29,282 nt of DNA from an uncultured Gammaproteobacteria bacterium (lineage in GTDB: Bacteria > Patescibacteriota > Patescibacteriia > UBA1558 > 2-01-FULL-52-15): contig CAYYYA010000001.1 in assembly GCA_964475975.1 (NCBI GenBank), positions 29,254-58,535 of the forward strand, given 5' to 3'. The notes under the pieces were generated by a model. It made no database searches. It was given only the letters and a program-made list of their open reading frames with translations, and was not told the origin of the DNA. This document shows, piece by piece, positions 16,848-24,469 of the stretch. A program made the translations under genes and the position numbers. The stretch's first letter is position 1. Each line of letters opens with the position of its first letter.

Positions 16848-19415
16848 TTATTCTTCCTGATGGAAGCGATGGATGAAGACTGTTTTGACGATAGTGGCAA
16901 GGACGAAGTAGAGCAGGACGAAGATACCGAGATAGAGCCAGTAGAGCGCTGGAAGCTGTACGAAGCCCAAGGCTGATGCAAAAGGCGAGAAGGGCAGCCA
17001 CGCACCTAATAGAATAATGCCGAAGGTAGAGAGGGTGAGTGGCAGGCTGGCTCGGCTTTGAATGAACGGTATCTTATTGGTACGGATGATATGGATGATC
17101 AGTGTCTGGCTGACAAGTGATTCGACAAACCAACCGGTCTGAAACAAAGCAGGATTAGCCCAGGCATTGAAGGCAAAGAGCATGATAGCAAAGGTAGCAT
17201 AGTCAAAGAGCGAGCTGACCGGACCAAGGAAAAAGATATAGCGCGTGATATTACTGATATTCCACTGGCGCGGTTTGGTCAGATAGCTTTCGTCTACTGC
17301 ATCAGTTGGGATCGTCAGCTGGGAGATGTCGTAGAGTAGGTTATTGGTAATGATCTGCAGCGGTAGCATGGGCAAGAACGGTAGGAAGATGCTGGCGCCC
17401 AGCACACTAAACATATTGCCAAAATTGGAGCTGGCCGTCATGCGGACGTACTTGATGATGTTACCGAAAACTTTGCGGCCTTCACGTACTCCTTCGGCCA
17501 GAACTTTCAGATTTTTTTCTAGCAGGATGATATCCGCTGATTCTTTGGCGATATCCACGCCGCCATCGACCGATATGCCGACATCAGCAGCGCGCAGAGC
17601 AGGGGCATCATTGATACCGTCTCCCAAGTAGCCGACGACATGCTTCTGACGGCGTAGCAGTCCGATGATACGCTCTTTGTCGGCTGGCGTTAGCTTGGCA
17701 AAGACGGAGGTAGTCTCCAGCTTGGGAATGAGCTGCTTGTCTGTCAGTGCTTGTATATCACTACCGCTCAAAATACTGTCAGTATTGAGTCCAACCTCGG
17801 AGCAGACTTTGCGTGCGACCAAGACATTGTCTCCTGTCAGGACCTTCACCGTCACACCTAGATTACTTAGGCTGGCCAAGGCTTCAGTAGCTGAAGCTTT
17901 CGGAGGGTCGAGGAAGGCGAGGAATCCCATGAGGATCAGATCGGTCTCGTCTTTGACGGTGTAGACAGTTTTATTAGCTGGTAAATGTTTGTATGCCACC
18001 GCCATCAGACGGAAACCTTCATTACTCCATTTATCTATCAGTTTGCGTACGCGCTGACGATCAGCGGCGGTGATCGTTTTTTCGGTTCCATTGACCAGCA
18101 CCGTTTTGGTCAGCTGCAGGACTTCTTCGGTGGCGCCTTTGCAAATGAGTAAATGCTTCTCCTTGCTACTAGAGACGATCACTGACAAACGGCGGCGCAC
18201 GAAATCAAAGGGTAGCTCATCAATTTTTTTGTAGGTTTTCAGTAGCTGCTGAGTTTTTTTCTTATCATGGCGCAGAATAGCGTCGTCCATGATATTCTGC
18301 AGCCCAGTCTGGAAGCTGCTATTGATAGTAGCGTAGTCGAGTACTTCTTGGCTTTCTTCGCCGTGCAGGTCCATATGCTGGATTAGCGCTACTTTACCGG
18401 CAGTGATAGTGCCTGTCTTATCAGTACATAGAGTGTCCATAGCGCCGAAGTTTTGGATAGCGTTGAGGCGCTTGATGATTACCTTTTTTTTGGACATGTC
18501 GAGCGCGCCTTTAGACAGATTGACGGTGACGATCATCGGTAGCATTTCCGGCGTCAGACCGACAGCAATAGCTAGAGCGAAGAAAAAAGCGTCCAGCCAG
18601 CTGCCTTTGCTGAAGCCATTGACTATGAAGACCAGGGGCACCATGACGAAGATCAGTCGTAGTAGCAGCCAAGTGAACTTACGGAGTCCGATATCAAAGC
18701 TGCTGATCTCACGTTTCTTGGTGACAGACAACGCCAGCTGTCCGAACCGTGTAGCACTGCCGGTGGCCACGATCAGCGCTGTGGCAATACCGCTTTCAAT
18801 ATTGGTACCCATGAAGCAGAAGTTGCTGCAGTCAAATTCATCTTTCGGTAGCGTGGTGAGCGCTTGAGCATGTTTGTCGACTGGTAGTGATTCACCTGTT
18901 AGCGCCGACTGATTGACGAAAAGATCACGCGACTCGATCAGACGGACATCAGCTGGTACCAGGTCGCCGGCTGACAATTCAATAATATCTCCCGGTACCA
19001 GTGTTTTGAGCGGAACTTCTTTTTTTGACTTATCACGGAAAGCAGTAGCAGTCGTCAGTACCAAGGCTTTGAGCTTCTGCGCTGCGCTGTCTGCGCGGGA
19101 TTCCTGGATAAATCGTAGGAAAATACTAAGCAGCAGCATGATGGTGATCAGGATAGCAGCCTTGTAGTCACCGGTAGTATAGGCGACGATACCCAAACCC
19201 AATAATAAAAGACTAAGCGGGTCACGAATATTATCAAATAAACGACGATACCACGGGATCGGTTTGTCGGTGATAATTTCGTTGTAGCCATGAAGCTTCA
19301 GTCGGTCCGTCACTTCACGGTGGGTCAAGCCTTTGATTCGAGTATTGAACTGACGGTAGAGCGAGTCAGCAGATGCTTGTGCTACGGCCGAAAGATCATA
19401 GGGTGCATGTGCCAT
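16848..19415 (-). CDS. mgtA: Mg2+-transporting P-type ATPase
   Basis: LTGES, PEML (TM4), DKTGT phosphorylation site, PFDFVRRR, KGATEE, TGDN, GDGINDAPAL, SSNFGN, TGWFVES; 855 aa. Confidence 0.93.
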   Translation of the reverse strand: MAHAPYDLSAVAQASADSLYRQFNTRIKGLTHREVTDRLKLHGYNEIITDKPIPWYRRLFDNIRDPLSLLLLGLGIVAYTTGDYKAAILITIMLLLSIFLRFIQESRADSAAQKLKALVLTTATAFRDKSKKEVPLKTLVPGDIIELSAGDLVPADVRLIESRDLFVNQSALTGESLPVDKHAQALTTLPKDEFDCSNFCFMGTNIESGIATALIVATGSATRFGQLALSVTKKREISSFDIGLRKFTWLLLRLIFVMVPLVFIVNGFSKGSWLDAFFFALAIAVGLTPEMLPMIVTVNLSKGALDMSKKKVIIKRLNAIQNFGAMDTLCTDKTGTITAGKVALIQHMDLHGEESQEVLDYATINSSFQTGLQNIMDDAILRHDKKKTQQLLKTYKKIDELPFDFVRRRLSVIVSSSKEKHLLICKGATEEVLQLTKTVLVNGTEKTITAADRQRVRKLIDKWSNEGFRLMAVAYKHLPANKTVYTVKDETDLILMGFLAFLDPPKASATEALASLSNLGVTVKVLTGDNVLVARKVCSEVGLNTDSILSGSDIQALTDKQLIPKLETTSVFAKLTPADKERIIGLLRRQKHVVGYLGDGINDAPALRAADVGISVDGGVDIAKESADIILLEKNLKVLAEGVREGRKVFGNIIKYVRMTASSNFGNMFSVLGASIFLPFLPMLPLQIITNNLLYDISQLTIPTDAVDESYLTKPRQWNISNITRYIFFLGPVSSLFDYATFAIMLFAFNAWANPALFQTGWFVESLVSQTLIIHIIRTNKIPFIQSRASLPLTLSTFGIILLGAWLPFSPFASALGFVQLPALYWLYLGIFVLLYFVLATIVKTVFIHRFHQEE

Positions 19416-19495
19416 AGAGAAAATTATTCATCTATAGTATACCACAGTGCGCGCATTTTTTTTCAAGCAGATTGTCTCAGAGCAACGAAGCAAAC

Positions 19496-19527
19496 AAAAT
19501 ACAGCCCAGATTCCTAGGCTGTATTTT
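19496..19527. terminator. Intrinsic terminator after the secreted-protein gene
   Basis: AAAATACAGCC-N10-GGCTGTATTTT. Confidence 0.7.
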
Positions 19528-19534
19528 TTAATAA

Positions 19535-19957
19535 TTAGAATCCGAAGCCGCGATGGAAACCTTTGCCCATCGGAAGCTTAGCGCTCTGCGTGCTTAAGAA
19601 TTGCAGACGCTTGTCTGCTTGTGCCTGCGTGATGACACCTTGGTCAACGAGGTTTTGAATACGAGTTTTCATTTCAGTCTGACGGGCAGCGTCCATCTTG
19701 GCACGCAGTTGATCTTCAGTCAGACCTTTGTCTTTGGCAATATCGGCAATAGTTTTGCCTTCAGCCCAATACGTCTTGGCTTCATCTACGGTAATACCAA
19801 ATAAGCTAGCTTGCTGCTCAAACATTTTCGCCTGTTGGGTGGCCTGCTCTTGCGGCGTGCCTGACATAAACATGCCATGGGCAGAGGCCATATTCGCGGC
19901 CAAGATTCCCAAACCAAGCGCTGGAACGAGGGCGTAGGCTAGAAGTCGTCTTTTCAT
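19535..19957 (-). CDS. Small secreted helical protein of unknown function
   Basis: Signal peptide (MKRRLLAYALVPALGLGILAANMASA-H), GKTIADIAKDKG and LVDQGVITQAQAD helical repeats; 140 aa. Confidence 0.8.
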   Translation of the reverse strand: MKRRLLAYALVPALGLGILAANMASAHGMFMSGTPQEQATQQAKMFEQQASLFGITVDEAKTYWAEGKTIADIAKDKGLTEDQLRAKMDAARQTEMKTRIQNLVDQGVITQAQADKRLQFLSTQSAKLPMGKGFHRGFGF

Positions 19958-20036
19958 AGATTGATTGAACGTTAATTATTATCAGAGGTATATACCGATG
20001 ATGCAGATCATCGAGCCGTGCACTGGCATAGTATAG

Positions 20037-20062
20037 TACAGTTGTGTTGTTGTAATATTTCA
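20037..20062 (-). promoter_or_regulatory. Candidate ECF-sigma promoter (copy 3)
   Basis: TGAAATATT-N13-TGTA(CTA); same spacing as the copies at 20143-20168 and 21483-21508. Confidence 0.6.
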
Positions 20063-20142
20063 GCTCTCAGTATGGAACTAAAGTAGGTCAGAGTTTGATT
20101 ATACCCTCTTATTATAATCAAGACCTCTGACCATATCTATAC

Positions 20143-20168
20143 TACAAGTTAACAATATAAATATTTCA
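20143..20168 (-). promoter_or_regulatory. Candidate ECF-sigma promoter (copy 2)
   Basis: TGAAATATT-N13-TGTA(GTA); its TGA is the anti-sigma stop codon. Confidence 0.55.
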
Positions 20169-20903
20169 TTGCGGATCTCGAGGTGGTATGGGTCTGAAGC
20201 GGCCAAGCTCGCTGCGCCATGGTCTAATGCCAAGCGCGGTTATTTGCTGATCATCTTCGGTACCTAGTACTACCACGATATCGCCTTGATGTATTACCCA
20301 GCCAACGGGAATATCTGTTTTATCGTTGACAATGATAGTAAATGTCTCTGCTTGTCTGGTTGTTAGGTCAAATCCGTCGTCATGTAAAGCTGCGACAACG
20401 CCTGGGTAAATATTGCGAGAGCGATGACGATCGTACTCACGATAGAAGGGCTCGGCAATAGGGAGATGTTGTTCTTCGGCATATTCGAATAGTTGCTGAT
20501 GGAGTCGAAGACGAGTTACTATCAGACTACCAAAAATAACAATGATTAAGACTCCGAACAAGGAATATAATAACGGTTTACGATAGGCAAAGGCATATCT
20601 CTGAACCAAGATTTCGAGTAGCACAAGAGATAGCAGACAAACAGCGATTAGTAGCCATGGTAAAGCTAGGAGAAATGGGGCGAGACCTTGGAAGCCAAAG
20701 GCAGGGAGTTCTGAGGCGCCATTCAGTTCGGTCACGAAAACAATCAAACTAATAACGTAGAGCAAAGTTAAAGTTGTGATAGTGGTTCCGATCGCTAGAA
20801 GAAGCGCGCGTATGACAAAATATGAGCGAGGACGCATTTTGGCGTGGCCGCTGGTTATTTGTTCGAGGATTGTTTCTTTTAGTGATAGGTGTTGTTCATT
20901 CAT
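20166..20903 (-). CDS. Probable anti-sigma factor (multi-TM membrane protein with a C-terminal extracytoplasmic beta domain)
   Basis: Likely start ATG 20903, 1 nt after the sigma stop; three hydrophobic segments, then a small OB-like domain (GVVAALHDDGFDLTTR..GDIVVVLG). Confidence 0.65.
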   Translation of the reverse strand: MNEQHLSLKETILEQITSGHAKMRPRSYFVIRALLLAIGTTITTLTLLYVISLIVFVTELNGASELPAFGFQGLAPFLLALPWLLIAVCLLSLVLLEILVQRYAFAYRKPLLYSLFGVLIIVIFGSLIVTRLRLHQQLFEYAEEQHLPIAEPFYREYDRHRSRNIYPGVVAALHDDGFDLTTRQAETFTIIVNDKTDIPVGWVIHQGDIVVVLGTEDDQQITALGIRPWRSELGRFRPIPPRDPQ

Positions 20904-20904
20904 A

Positions 20905-21465
20905 TTACTTCTGATTAGTTGCCTGATGGATTTTTTGCAAGGCATCTTTGGCTCGTTTGATACGGACTCCTACTGTTGAGGTCGGCAAGTGAAGGATGTC
21001 GGCTATTTCCTGATAGCTAAGCTCTTCTAAATAGTAGAGAATAAGTGGTTCACGGTATTTCACTTCTAGTTTTTCGAGATACTGTTCCACGGTAGCCCTT
21101 ATCTCTTCTTCCTGCAGTGGACCGTCTGTCTTTTCTTTCGCTACAGGGTGTGGGAATAGTGTATCTGGGTCGAAGAATGGGACTGCATCTTTACTTTTTT
21201 TCTTGATGGCATTGATAAACTCATTATGCGCAATACGATAAATCCACGGTGAGAAGCGTTTATCAGTTTTGAAGCTTTGGATATTAACGAAGGTTTTGAT
21301 CATTATATCCTGTACCAAATCATCTATATCATCAGTTTGATACAAGAATTTACGGCCGTATCGCTTTATTTTTGCTTCGTATCGCTCTACCAAAAGACCA
21401 AACAGTTCAGTCTGTCCTTGTTGCACTTGTTTGACAATTTGCTCGTCAGTCAATGGTAGAGGCAT
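20905..21465 (-). CDS. ECF RNA polymerase sigma factor (SigW-like)
   Basis: Region 2 DDLVQDIMIKTF..FSPWIYRIAHN; region 4 YLEELSYQEIADILHLPTSTVGVRIKRAK; 186 aa. Confidence 0.93.
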   Translation of the reverse strand: MPLPLTDEQIVKQVQQGQTELFGLLVERYEAKIKRYGRKFLYQTDDIDDLVQDIMIKTFVNIQSFKTDKRFSPWIYRIAHNEFINAIKKKSKDAVPFFDPDTLFPHPVAKEKTDGPLQEEEIRATVEQYLEKLEVKYREPLILYYLEELSYQEIADILHLPTSTVGVRIKRAKDALQKIHQATNQK

Positions 21466-21875
21466 TGGTTATTATAATGTATTACAGTAGTTTTGAATGA
21501 ATATTTCAAACAGCACGTAATAGTAGTCTTTTTCAATAAATGGACCTCGCCAGCTGTACGCCGACGAGGTCGAGTGGGGTGGGTTTCATGTCTACCCGGA
21601 GGATCCTCGCAGGTGTGGGTTTCAAGCAGTGCAATCAAATTGGTGAGGTAGGTGGGATCGATAGAGACGATACGCTGGAGGGATAGCATCTGTAGACGAC
21701 TGATCTCAGTCTCGATGAGACGAGTCGCTTCCTCACTGCAGGGTATACAGTCAATCTTATCAAGATCAACTGTAGGAGCCGGCTTGTGGTGCAAACGGAG
21801 AAAGCGGAAGCCGTAAGGACGCTCACACCAGACAGCCAATGTAATGATGATTAATATACCAATCAGCAAATACAT
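21450..21875 (-). CDS. Hypothetical protein with an N-terminal hydrophobic anchor
   Basis: AGGAGGT SD 5 nt before the ATG and TTGACA-17-TACAGT upstream. The C-terminal ~20 codons run over the sigma promoter, so the 3' end is doubtful. Confidence 0.5.
   Translation of the reverse strand: MYLLIGILIIITLAVWCERPYGFRFLRLHHKPAPTVDLDKIDCIPCSEEATRLIETEISRLQMLSLQRIVSIDPTYLTNLIALLETHTCEDPPGRHETHPTRPRRRTAGEVHLLKKTTITCCLKYSFKTTVIHYNNQCLYH
21483..21508 (-). promoter_or_regulatory. Candidate ECF autoregulatory promoter (copy 1), plus an adjacent TATAAT
   Basis: TGAAATATT-N13-TGTA(ATA) upstream of the sigma ATG; TATAAT at 21471-21476 lies 5 nt before the ATG. Confidence 0.6.
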
Positions 21876-21948
21876 GACTCACCTCCTGTAGGTCTAGAGA
21901 AAGAGCGAATATACCAACTGTATAGAGTCTCCAGTGGTTTGTCAATTT

Positions 21949-21984
21949 AAAAAAGCGGCCCTGAACCGCGGGGGTTCAGGGCCG
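21949..21984 (-). terminator. Intrinsic terminator of prs
   Basis: 12-bp stem CGGCCCTGAACC/GGTTCAGGGCCG followed by a T-run on the minus strand. Confidence 0.85.
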
Positions 21985-21991
21985 TATTGCT

Positions 21992-23056
21992 TCAGCTCAG
22001 GCGCTCGATGACGCTAATCAAAGAATTCGCCAATGCCGGAGAGACATCGACTGTTGTCGCGAGGCCTCCTGTCCTCATCTGGTAGACGGTCTTCTTCCTT
22101 GGTCCGCGAGGGCGTGTATTGCCGAAATAGATGTGGTCAAACGGACGGTCGCTTTTGCGTGGCAGCAAACGGCGCTTCCACGAGTTGCTGCAGACAGTGT
22201 GAGTCGCAATCAGCCGAACTGAGAGCGCACCAGAACGTCGCAGGCCGACAGCTGTTGTGGAGCTGGTAGCTCCTGAGTCAAGCTCGTCTTCACGCATGAA
22301 AACGTGCAGACCCGCAACAGCAGTCATATCAGTAGTGACGAAGATGTCGGTACCGAACTCCTTGTGAATCCGCTCAAGCAGACCATCGGTATTCCCGAGA
22401 CTCGTCACCACACCATCGATCCGCTTCTTGTCAGAAGCTAGTACTCGCGTTTTGGTCAGTCGCGCCATGATAATAGCGCGCTCGACAGAGCCGTAGTCAG
22501 GTGAGTACCAGATCACGTTCTCGGGGCCATAGCTGAGGATCAGCGGCATTACTTCTGCAGCGAACAGGTGGCTCGGATCTGCAATTGTCAGTTGCAGGCC
22601 AAATTCGTTTGAGAAGTCGCTGGTGTTTTTGACATTGTGCGGATCGCAGACGATGAGGTAGTCGACACCAGCGTCCTTCATTCGCTTCATGAACCACCGT
22701 AGACGGGTGATTTCATTGGTGTAGTCAGGGTGATCCTGACGACGATAGCGCAGGAAGCTCATGACGACGGTAACAGTCGCGCAGAAATATTGGTACTTGC
22801 ATGCCGTTACCATGTCGTACATCTGAAGCTCTTCTTCGTCATCTGTGACGCTGACGAAAATCACTATGTGCTTCCCAGCTATTTTGTCAGGATTTTCCAG
22901 CTCAAAGCCCCGTTCGTCGTCTGCCCACTCATTGAAGTAGATGTCGGTGAAGTCCAGGTGTCGATTGAGACGGGCGCTGACAATGCCCAAGGTCCTCTCA
23001 CCAAGCTCGTAGTTCAGCGTGCCACTATAGAAGATCAGATCATCTGGGTTGACCAC
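21992..23056 (-). CDS. prs: Divergent ribose-phosphate pyrophosphokinase (PRPP synthetase family)
   Basis: FLRYRRQDH (cf. YARQD), CDPHN (cf. DLH), SPDYGSVERA, DKKR, EDELDSGAT (cf. DDMIDTGGT), ATHTV; GTG start with an AGGGGGT SD. Confidence 0.82.
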   Translation of the reverse strand: MVNPDDLIFYSGTLNYELGERTLGIVSARLNRHLDFTDIYFNEWADDERGFELENPDKIAGKHIVIFVSVTDDEEELQMYDMVTACKYQYFCATVTVVMSFLRYRRQDHPDYTNEITRLRWFMKRMKDAGVDYLIVCDPHNVKNTSDFSNEFGLQLTIADPSHLFAAEVMPLILSYGPENVIWYSPDYGSVERAIIMARLTKTRVLASDKKRIDGVVTSLGNTDGLLERIHKEFGTDIFVTTDMTAVAGLHVFMREDELDSGATSSTTAVGLRRSGALSVRLIATHTVCSNSWKRRLLPRKSDRPFDHIYFGNTRPRGPRKKTVYQMRTGGLATTVDVSPALANSLISVIERLS

Positions 23057-23102
23057 GGTAACCCCCTAGGAGGAAGAAATAAAAAAGAGCGTTTGTAACG
23101 CC

Positions 23103-23131
23103 ACTTTATAAACTCCTAGCCTCTTTGTCAA
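23103..23131 (-). promoter_or_regulatory. sigma70 promoter of prs
   Basis: TTGACA-17 nt-TAAAGT. Confidence 0.7.
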
Positions 23132-23134
23132 ACC

Positions 23135-23557
23135 TTACTTCAAAGTCATCAATATTGCCCCTCCGGTAATCAAGAGTGCTCCTAGAGCGGAGTACCAGCT
23201 TATTTTTTCTCCCAAGAATAGGGTTGCTAGAATTAAGACAAAAACCACACTTAGTCTATCCAAGGCCGCTACGCCAGAAGCGGGGCCTTGTTTCAAGGCA
23301 TAGAAATAAAACAGCCACGAGGTAGCGCCGGCTACACCTGCTAACACGATGAAAAGCCAAGCTTTGGAATTGATCGTGTTCAGTTGCTGAAATTTGTTTA
23401 ATGAAAGCGAAACAATAACTAAAAATAGTGCCATGACGATAGAACGCACCGTGGTGGCCAAGGTGGAATCAATATTTTTGATTCCTAGTTTACCGAAAAT
23501 AGCTACACCGGCAGCGGAGATGGCAGACAGGAGAGCGTAGACAATCCAGAGGTTCAT
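23135..23557 (-). CDS. EamA/DMT-family small transporter
   Basis: Five TM segments; IFGKLGIKNIDSTLATTVRS, SWLFYFYALKQGPASGVAALDRLSVV, LFLGEKIS. Confidence 0.9.
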   Translation of the reverse strand: MNLWIVYALLSAISAAGVAIFGKLGIKNIDSTLATTVRSIVMALFLVIVSLSLNKFQQLNTINSKAWLFIVLAGVAGATSWLFYFYALKQGPASGVAALDRLSVVFVLILATLFLGEKISWYSALGALLITGGAILMTLK

Positions 23558-23571
23558 AAGATTCGTTTATA

Positions 23572-23823
23572 TTATCGATGCGGACAGCCAGCCCAACAAC
23601 ATGGTCGGCGCATGCCACTTTTTAGCTTCGAGAGTGCCTTGGTAATCCGAATAGTTCTGGTATCTGCTAATTTTCCAGATGTAACCCAACAAATCCACTC
23701 ATTGCGTGCGAGCGGGGTGATATCGTCCCAGACAGCTTGCGCTTGTGAAGAGGTTGTTAGGGCTTTACGCAAGTCAGCAGGTAGACTGTGAACTTGTTTG
23801 GCTGCGGATTTTTTCTTAGTCAT
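23572..23823 (-). CDS. YdeI/OmpD-associated family protein
   Basis: LPADLRKAL..WDDITPLARNEWICWVTSGKLADTRTIRI..RRPCCWAGC; 83 aa; extended -10 box 8 nt upstream. Confidence 0.85.
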   Translation of the reverse strand: MTKKKSAAKQVHSLPADLRKALTTSSQAQAVWDDITPLARNEWICWVTSGKLADTRTIRITKALSKLKSGMRRPCCWAGCPHR

Positions 23824-23916
23824 TATCTAATAGTATAGCACAAAGGATTCATTTTAGAGCAACAAAAAAAAGAAAGAGTTACTTTCTACCTTAGCTTTAC
23901 ATCAGTCTCTGGCTGG

Positions 23917-24008
23917 TGGCTCGGGGCGCCTTGCTATTGCTCGGCATCTTTGGTTGCTTCACCTGCGGTTCAGATCTATGAGACCCGAGCTGCGCTCACT
24001 TCGTTCGA
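23917..24008 (-). repeat. Second duplication of the tRNA 3' end plus a cluster of short REP-like palindromic motifs
   Basis: TGGCTCGGGG at 23917-23926 repeats 24009-24018 and 24127-24136. The intervening DNA holds GCTTCACCTGCGGTTCAG, GCTGCGCTCACTTCGTTCG and a GCTCGGG/CCCGAGC stem. Confidence 0.65.
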
Positions 24009-24093
24009 TGGCTCGGGGATAGGGACTCGAACCCCAATTAACGGGACCAGTTTATCCCGCTGAGCGCAGTGAAGCGGGAAACCCGTCGTCCTA
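24009..24093 (-). pseudogene. tRNA-Gln(CUG) 3' portion (position 20 to CCA) with a 29-nt insertion between positions 33 and 34
   Basis: Identical to the intact copy apart from the insert TCCCGCTTCACTGCGCTCAGCGGGATAAA (24051-24079). Its 5' 15 nt lie at 24470-24484. Confidence 0.85.
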
Positions 24094-24112
24094 TTCACCC
24101 CGCCAATTTTAG

Positions 24113-24445
24113 CTATTTTCTCTCGATGGCTCGGGGATAGGGACTCGAACCCCAATTAACGGGACCAGAACCCGTCGTCCTACCATTAGACGATCCCCGA
24201 ATCATCGAGAGAAAATATTTAAAGGCATTACCGCCTTTCCAGTTTTTTATCTGCTTTTCTCGTTTACGTGCCTCGTTGTAACTATTGAAGTTTTCGACGT
24301 GTATCACTTGCCACGGCCTATATGGTCGAGTTGAAGCAACATTACCGTTATTATGCCTTTTTAAACGTTTAATCGGGTCTAAACTGGTAATGCCAGTATA
24401 GTACCTATTATCCCTGTTTTTGAGAATATATAAGCAAACATTCAT
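24113..24445 (-). CDS. Small GIY-YIG endonuclease (UPF0213/SLX1-like); its C-terminal tail is encoded by the tRNA gene
   Basis: LYIL..YYTGIT..KRLKRHN.G..STRPYRPW..EARKREKQIK motifs; likely start ATG 24445; stop TAG at 24113-24115, beyond the tRNA CCA. Confidence 0.9.
   Translation of the reverse strand: MNVCLYILKNRDNRYYTGITSLDPIKRLKRHNNGNVASTRPYRPWQVIHVENFNSYNEARKREKQIKNWKGGNAFKYFLSMIRGSSNGRTTGSGPVNWGSSPYPRAIERK
24127..24200 (-). tRNA. tRNA-Gln (anticodon CTG), intact, 74 nt with encoded CCA
   Basis: TCGGGGA acceptor pairs with TCCCCGA-G-CCA; D-loop TAATGGTA; anticodon arm ACGGG-TTCTGGT-CCCGT; T-loop GTTCGAGTC. Confidence 0.95.
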
Positions 24446-24469
24446 TCTCAAAAAAAATGGCGGGGCAAG

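Larger units (their letters stand above)
24094..24469 (-). mobile_element. 376-bp inverted-repeat-bounded element (GIY-YIG gene plus intact tRNA) inserted in the D-loop of tRNA-Gln
   Basis: Ends on the plus strand are TTCACCCCGCCAATTTT (24094-24110) and AAAAAAAATGGCGGGGCAAG (24450-24469), flanked by tRNA nt 1-15 and nt 20 onward. Confidence 0.7.

Noticed and set aside
16823-17005. N-terminal extension of the cytochrome b5 ORF
   Set aside because: It overlaps the mgtA 3' end, and a lipoprotein signal begins at ATG 16822.
19416-19495. Mg2+ riboswitch or mgtL leader peptide upstream of mgtA
   Set aside because: An extended -10 box lies about 20 nt before the ATG, leaving no room for an M-box or a Pro-rich leader ORF.
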